Shown: positions 62,085-64,000 of the stretch, in pieces
Position numbering within the stretch: the stretch's first letter is position 1
How the letters are laid out: each line of letters opens with the position of its first letter
DNA from: an uncultured Phycisphaerales bacterium
GTDB taxonomy: Bacteria; Planctomycetota; Phycisphaerae; Sedimentisphaerales; Anaerobacaceae
Reading direction: 5' to 3'
NCBI GenBank assembly: GCA_963772725.1
Contig: CAVYYI010000002.1
Location: 384,001-448,000 of the forward strand
Length of the DNA stretch: 64,000 nt
Position numbers and translations under genes: made by a program
The notes under the pieces: generated by a model
Told to the model about the DNA's origin: nothing
Database searches by the model: none
The model's input: only the letters and a program-made list of their open reading frames with translations

Positions 62085-63119
62085 TTAAAACTCTATAAGG
62101 GCTTTGACGACGCCGTCGCGATATTGAGCGACCAAATCAAAAGCCTGGCGGGTTTGGTCAAAACTAAATCTGTGGGTTATCATAAAGTCGGCACGGATTT
62201 TTCCGGAGGCCAGCAAATCAATACACTTTTGCGTGCAATGGTTTTGCCTTCGCACGTTTACGATGGTAATTTCTTTTCTCCGGGTTTTATCAATGATAAA
62301 TGAGATTCGTTCCTCTCGCGGGATACCTATAAGCATAAGTTTACCGCCGGGTTTGAGCAGTTCGATGGCCTGGTCAATGGCGTCCTGCTGGCCGGCACAT
62401 TCAAAAACAGCATCCATACCGCCGGACTGACGGCTGATAATCTCTTTTACTATATCCTGTTTATTCGGGTTTACCGACCAGACGGCGCCGCCATTTAGGG
62501 CGATTTCAACACGGGCATCAATTTTATCCGTAACATAACAGGAATTTATGCCTTGCGATTTTGCGGCGAGCAGGCAGCTTAAACCGATGGGGCCTGCGAC
62601 TAAAACAGCAACGGCTGCATCAGGGGGCAAATTGGCCTGTTTGACAGTGTAAACACCTATCGCGAGAGGCTCACATAAAACGCCCTGTTCGAGAGTAATT
62701 TTGTTACCGACAGGCAGACAGCACTGTTCGGGCATAACGAGGTATTCGCACAGGCAGCCTGCAATTTGGCCCGGGCAGCCGAGAAATTTCAGGTTTCTGC
62801 AGGTATTTTCCCTGTGCTGGCGGCACTGGTCGCAATTATTGCAGGAAATTGCAGGCTCAACAACAACGCGGTCGCCGACCTTTACGATTTTGACGGCCGG
62901 GCCGACAGATTTAACTGTCGCGGCGCATTCGTGTCCGACAATGAACGGATATTTTACGACCTGCGAACCGATTTTTCCGGTTTCATAATAATGCACATCG
63001 GAGCCGCACACACCGACTTTTTCGATTTTCAGCAGAACATCGTTATCATTTTTTATGTTCGGTTCAGGCAAATTGCGGATTTCCATCTGCCTGATGCCTG
63101 TCAGCAAAGCCGCTTTCAT
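62085..63119 (-). CDS. Zn-dependent polyol (sorbitol-like) dehydrogenase
   Basis: GVCGSD, GHE, CxxCxxC-x7-C; nucleotide-binding motif reads VAGPIG instead of GAGPIG. Confidence 0.9.
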   Translation of the reverse strand: MKAALLTGIRQMEIRNLPEPNIKNDNDVLLKIEKVGVCGSDVHYYETGKIGSQVVKYPFIVGHECAATVKSVGPAVKIVKVGDRVVVEPAISCNNCDQCRQHRENTCRNLKFLGCPGQIAGCLCEYLVMPEQCCLPVGNKITLEQGVLCEPLAIGVYTVKQANLPPDAAVAVLVAGPIGLSCLLAAKSQGINSCYVTDKIDARVEIALNGGAVWSVNPNKQDIVKEIISRQSGGMDAVFECAGQQDAIDQAIELLKPGGKLMLIGIPREERISFIIDKTRRKEITIVNVRRQNHCTQKCIDLLASGKIRADFMITHRFSFDQTRQAFDLVAQYRDGVVKALIEF

Positions 63120-63283
63120 AGCGTTTCTCCGTAAATATATAATTTTTCAAGCAGTTAGAGTAAATCCATTGGTTTATTATGTCAACCAGTAAAACCCCTG
63201 TAGAGTTGTCTGTCGCGTAAAAAAAAATTAATATTTTGAAAAATTTTCCTTGAAATAACAGGTTTTTATGTTACACTATTATT

Positions 63284-63560
63284 GATGTGTGTCGCAGTTG
63301 GTTTTAACGCGAATATCGCTTCGCGGGAGGAGTTGGACAAACACTCCAAATAATTCTTAGATAAAACTGAACTTTTCCGCGACAGGGGACGTAAGATTTT
63401 CGTAATGATAACGATACAACGGGCTGGGGTTCATACTCCTCTTCCTCCCTCCCAACCTCAGCCCAATTTTTAAAATAGAAAGCTCTATTGGAGCTTTTAA
63501 GAACTTGAGCTGAGGCCTAATACCTCCTTCCTTCCTCCTCCTGGCCTCAGCTCTTTTTTT
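63284..63560 (+). ncRNA. Candidate sRNA with two CU-rich hairpin loops
   Basis: TTGAAA-16-TACACT promoter-like motif at 63250..63277; hairpins 63421..63464 and 63507..63553, then T7. Confidence 0.5.
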
Positions 63561-63723
63561 GTTTCCAGCGGGAACAAGCCTGTAAAAAAAAGGGAATTTT
63601 CCTGCCAATCATCAATTTTGGACATCTCTTCTGCAGCCCCCTCAGATAATTGCTCTGGAAAATGGATGTTGTGAAGTGAGCCGGGAAATTATAAAATACA
63701 TTTTTTTCAGGAAAGGATACTGT

Positions 63724-63831
63724 ATGGGCAAAAGTCGTGATACCAAAAAAGATGTAAAGAAGAAGGCACAAAAAACATTAAAAGAGAAACGACAGGAAAA
63801 GAGATTAAAAAGAGCGGGCGGAACCATATAA
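63724..63831 (+). CDS. 35-aa small basic protein
   Basis: MGKSRDTKKDVKKKAQKTLKEKRQEKRLKRAGGTI; GGAAAGGA RBS. Confidence 0.7.
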   Translation: MGKSRDTKKDVKKKAQKTLKEKRQEKRLKRAGGTI

Positions 63832-63872
63832 ACAGCATGAGATGATGCGTTTATGGTCTAAGGAATTCGGGA

Positions 63873-64000
63873 TTATAATAAGGCGGTACTGAAGTAGCGT
63901 TCGGCGCGGTCGGGGAGGACGGTTGTGATGCTGCCGTTAATTTTTGTGGAGAGTTTTCTGGCAGCCCAGATGTTTGCGCCGGAGCTGATGCCGACGAGCA
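63873..64000 (-). CDS. cysK: Cysteine synthase family protein, C-terminal end (partial)
   Basis: LVGISSGANIWAA...VLPDRAERYFST. Confidence 0.8.
   Translation of the reverse strand, partial: LVGISSGANIWAARKLSTKINGSITTVLPDRAERYFSTALL

Overview
Bacterial chromosome segment, most likely Planctomycetota (tandem prepilin/H-X9-DG genes, pilB/pilT; taxonomy inferred, not searched). Core-genome arms: 1-10.2 kb (MCP tail, REC-GGDEF-HD-GYP, hybrid kinase, LysM protein, ribF, accBC) and 47.7-64 kb (lysA, nadD, gpsA, hflX, rpsU, PadR locus, prepilins, pilT, pilB, cinA, Zn-dehydrogenase, cysK end). Between them lies an accessory region of about 36 kb, often AT-rich and IS-dense (three IS5-family elements, two IS21 copies, IS982, an ISL3-like element, and a RAYT with REPs at its edge). 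It holds an AbiE-like toxin-antitoxin pair, att/tRNA remnants, a clpP, and a catalytically inactive long Argonaute coupled to a DpnII/MboI-like nuclease split by an IS. It also holds a ~16 kb module with a short tyrosine recombinase, a ubiquitin-like operon (Ubl, E2-like, JAB, E1), an archaeal-type Cdc6/Orc1 AAA+ protein and a HerA/VirB4-like ATPase. Small features missed by the ORF track: two leader peptides with SPP at residues 10-12, a 27-aa histone-H1-like protein, a candidate anti-SD sRNA and a 39-bp mini-IS. Single-base frameshifts in several conserved genes suggest sequencing indels. All family assignments come from motif recognition by eye; no searches were run.
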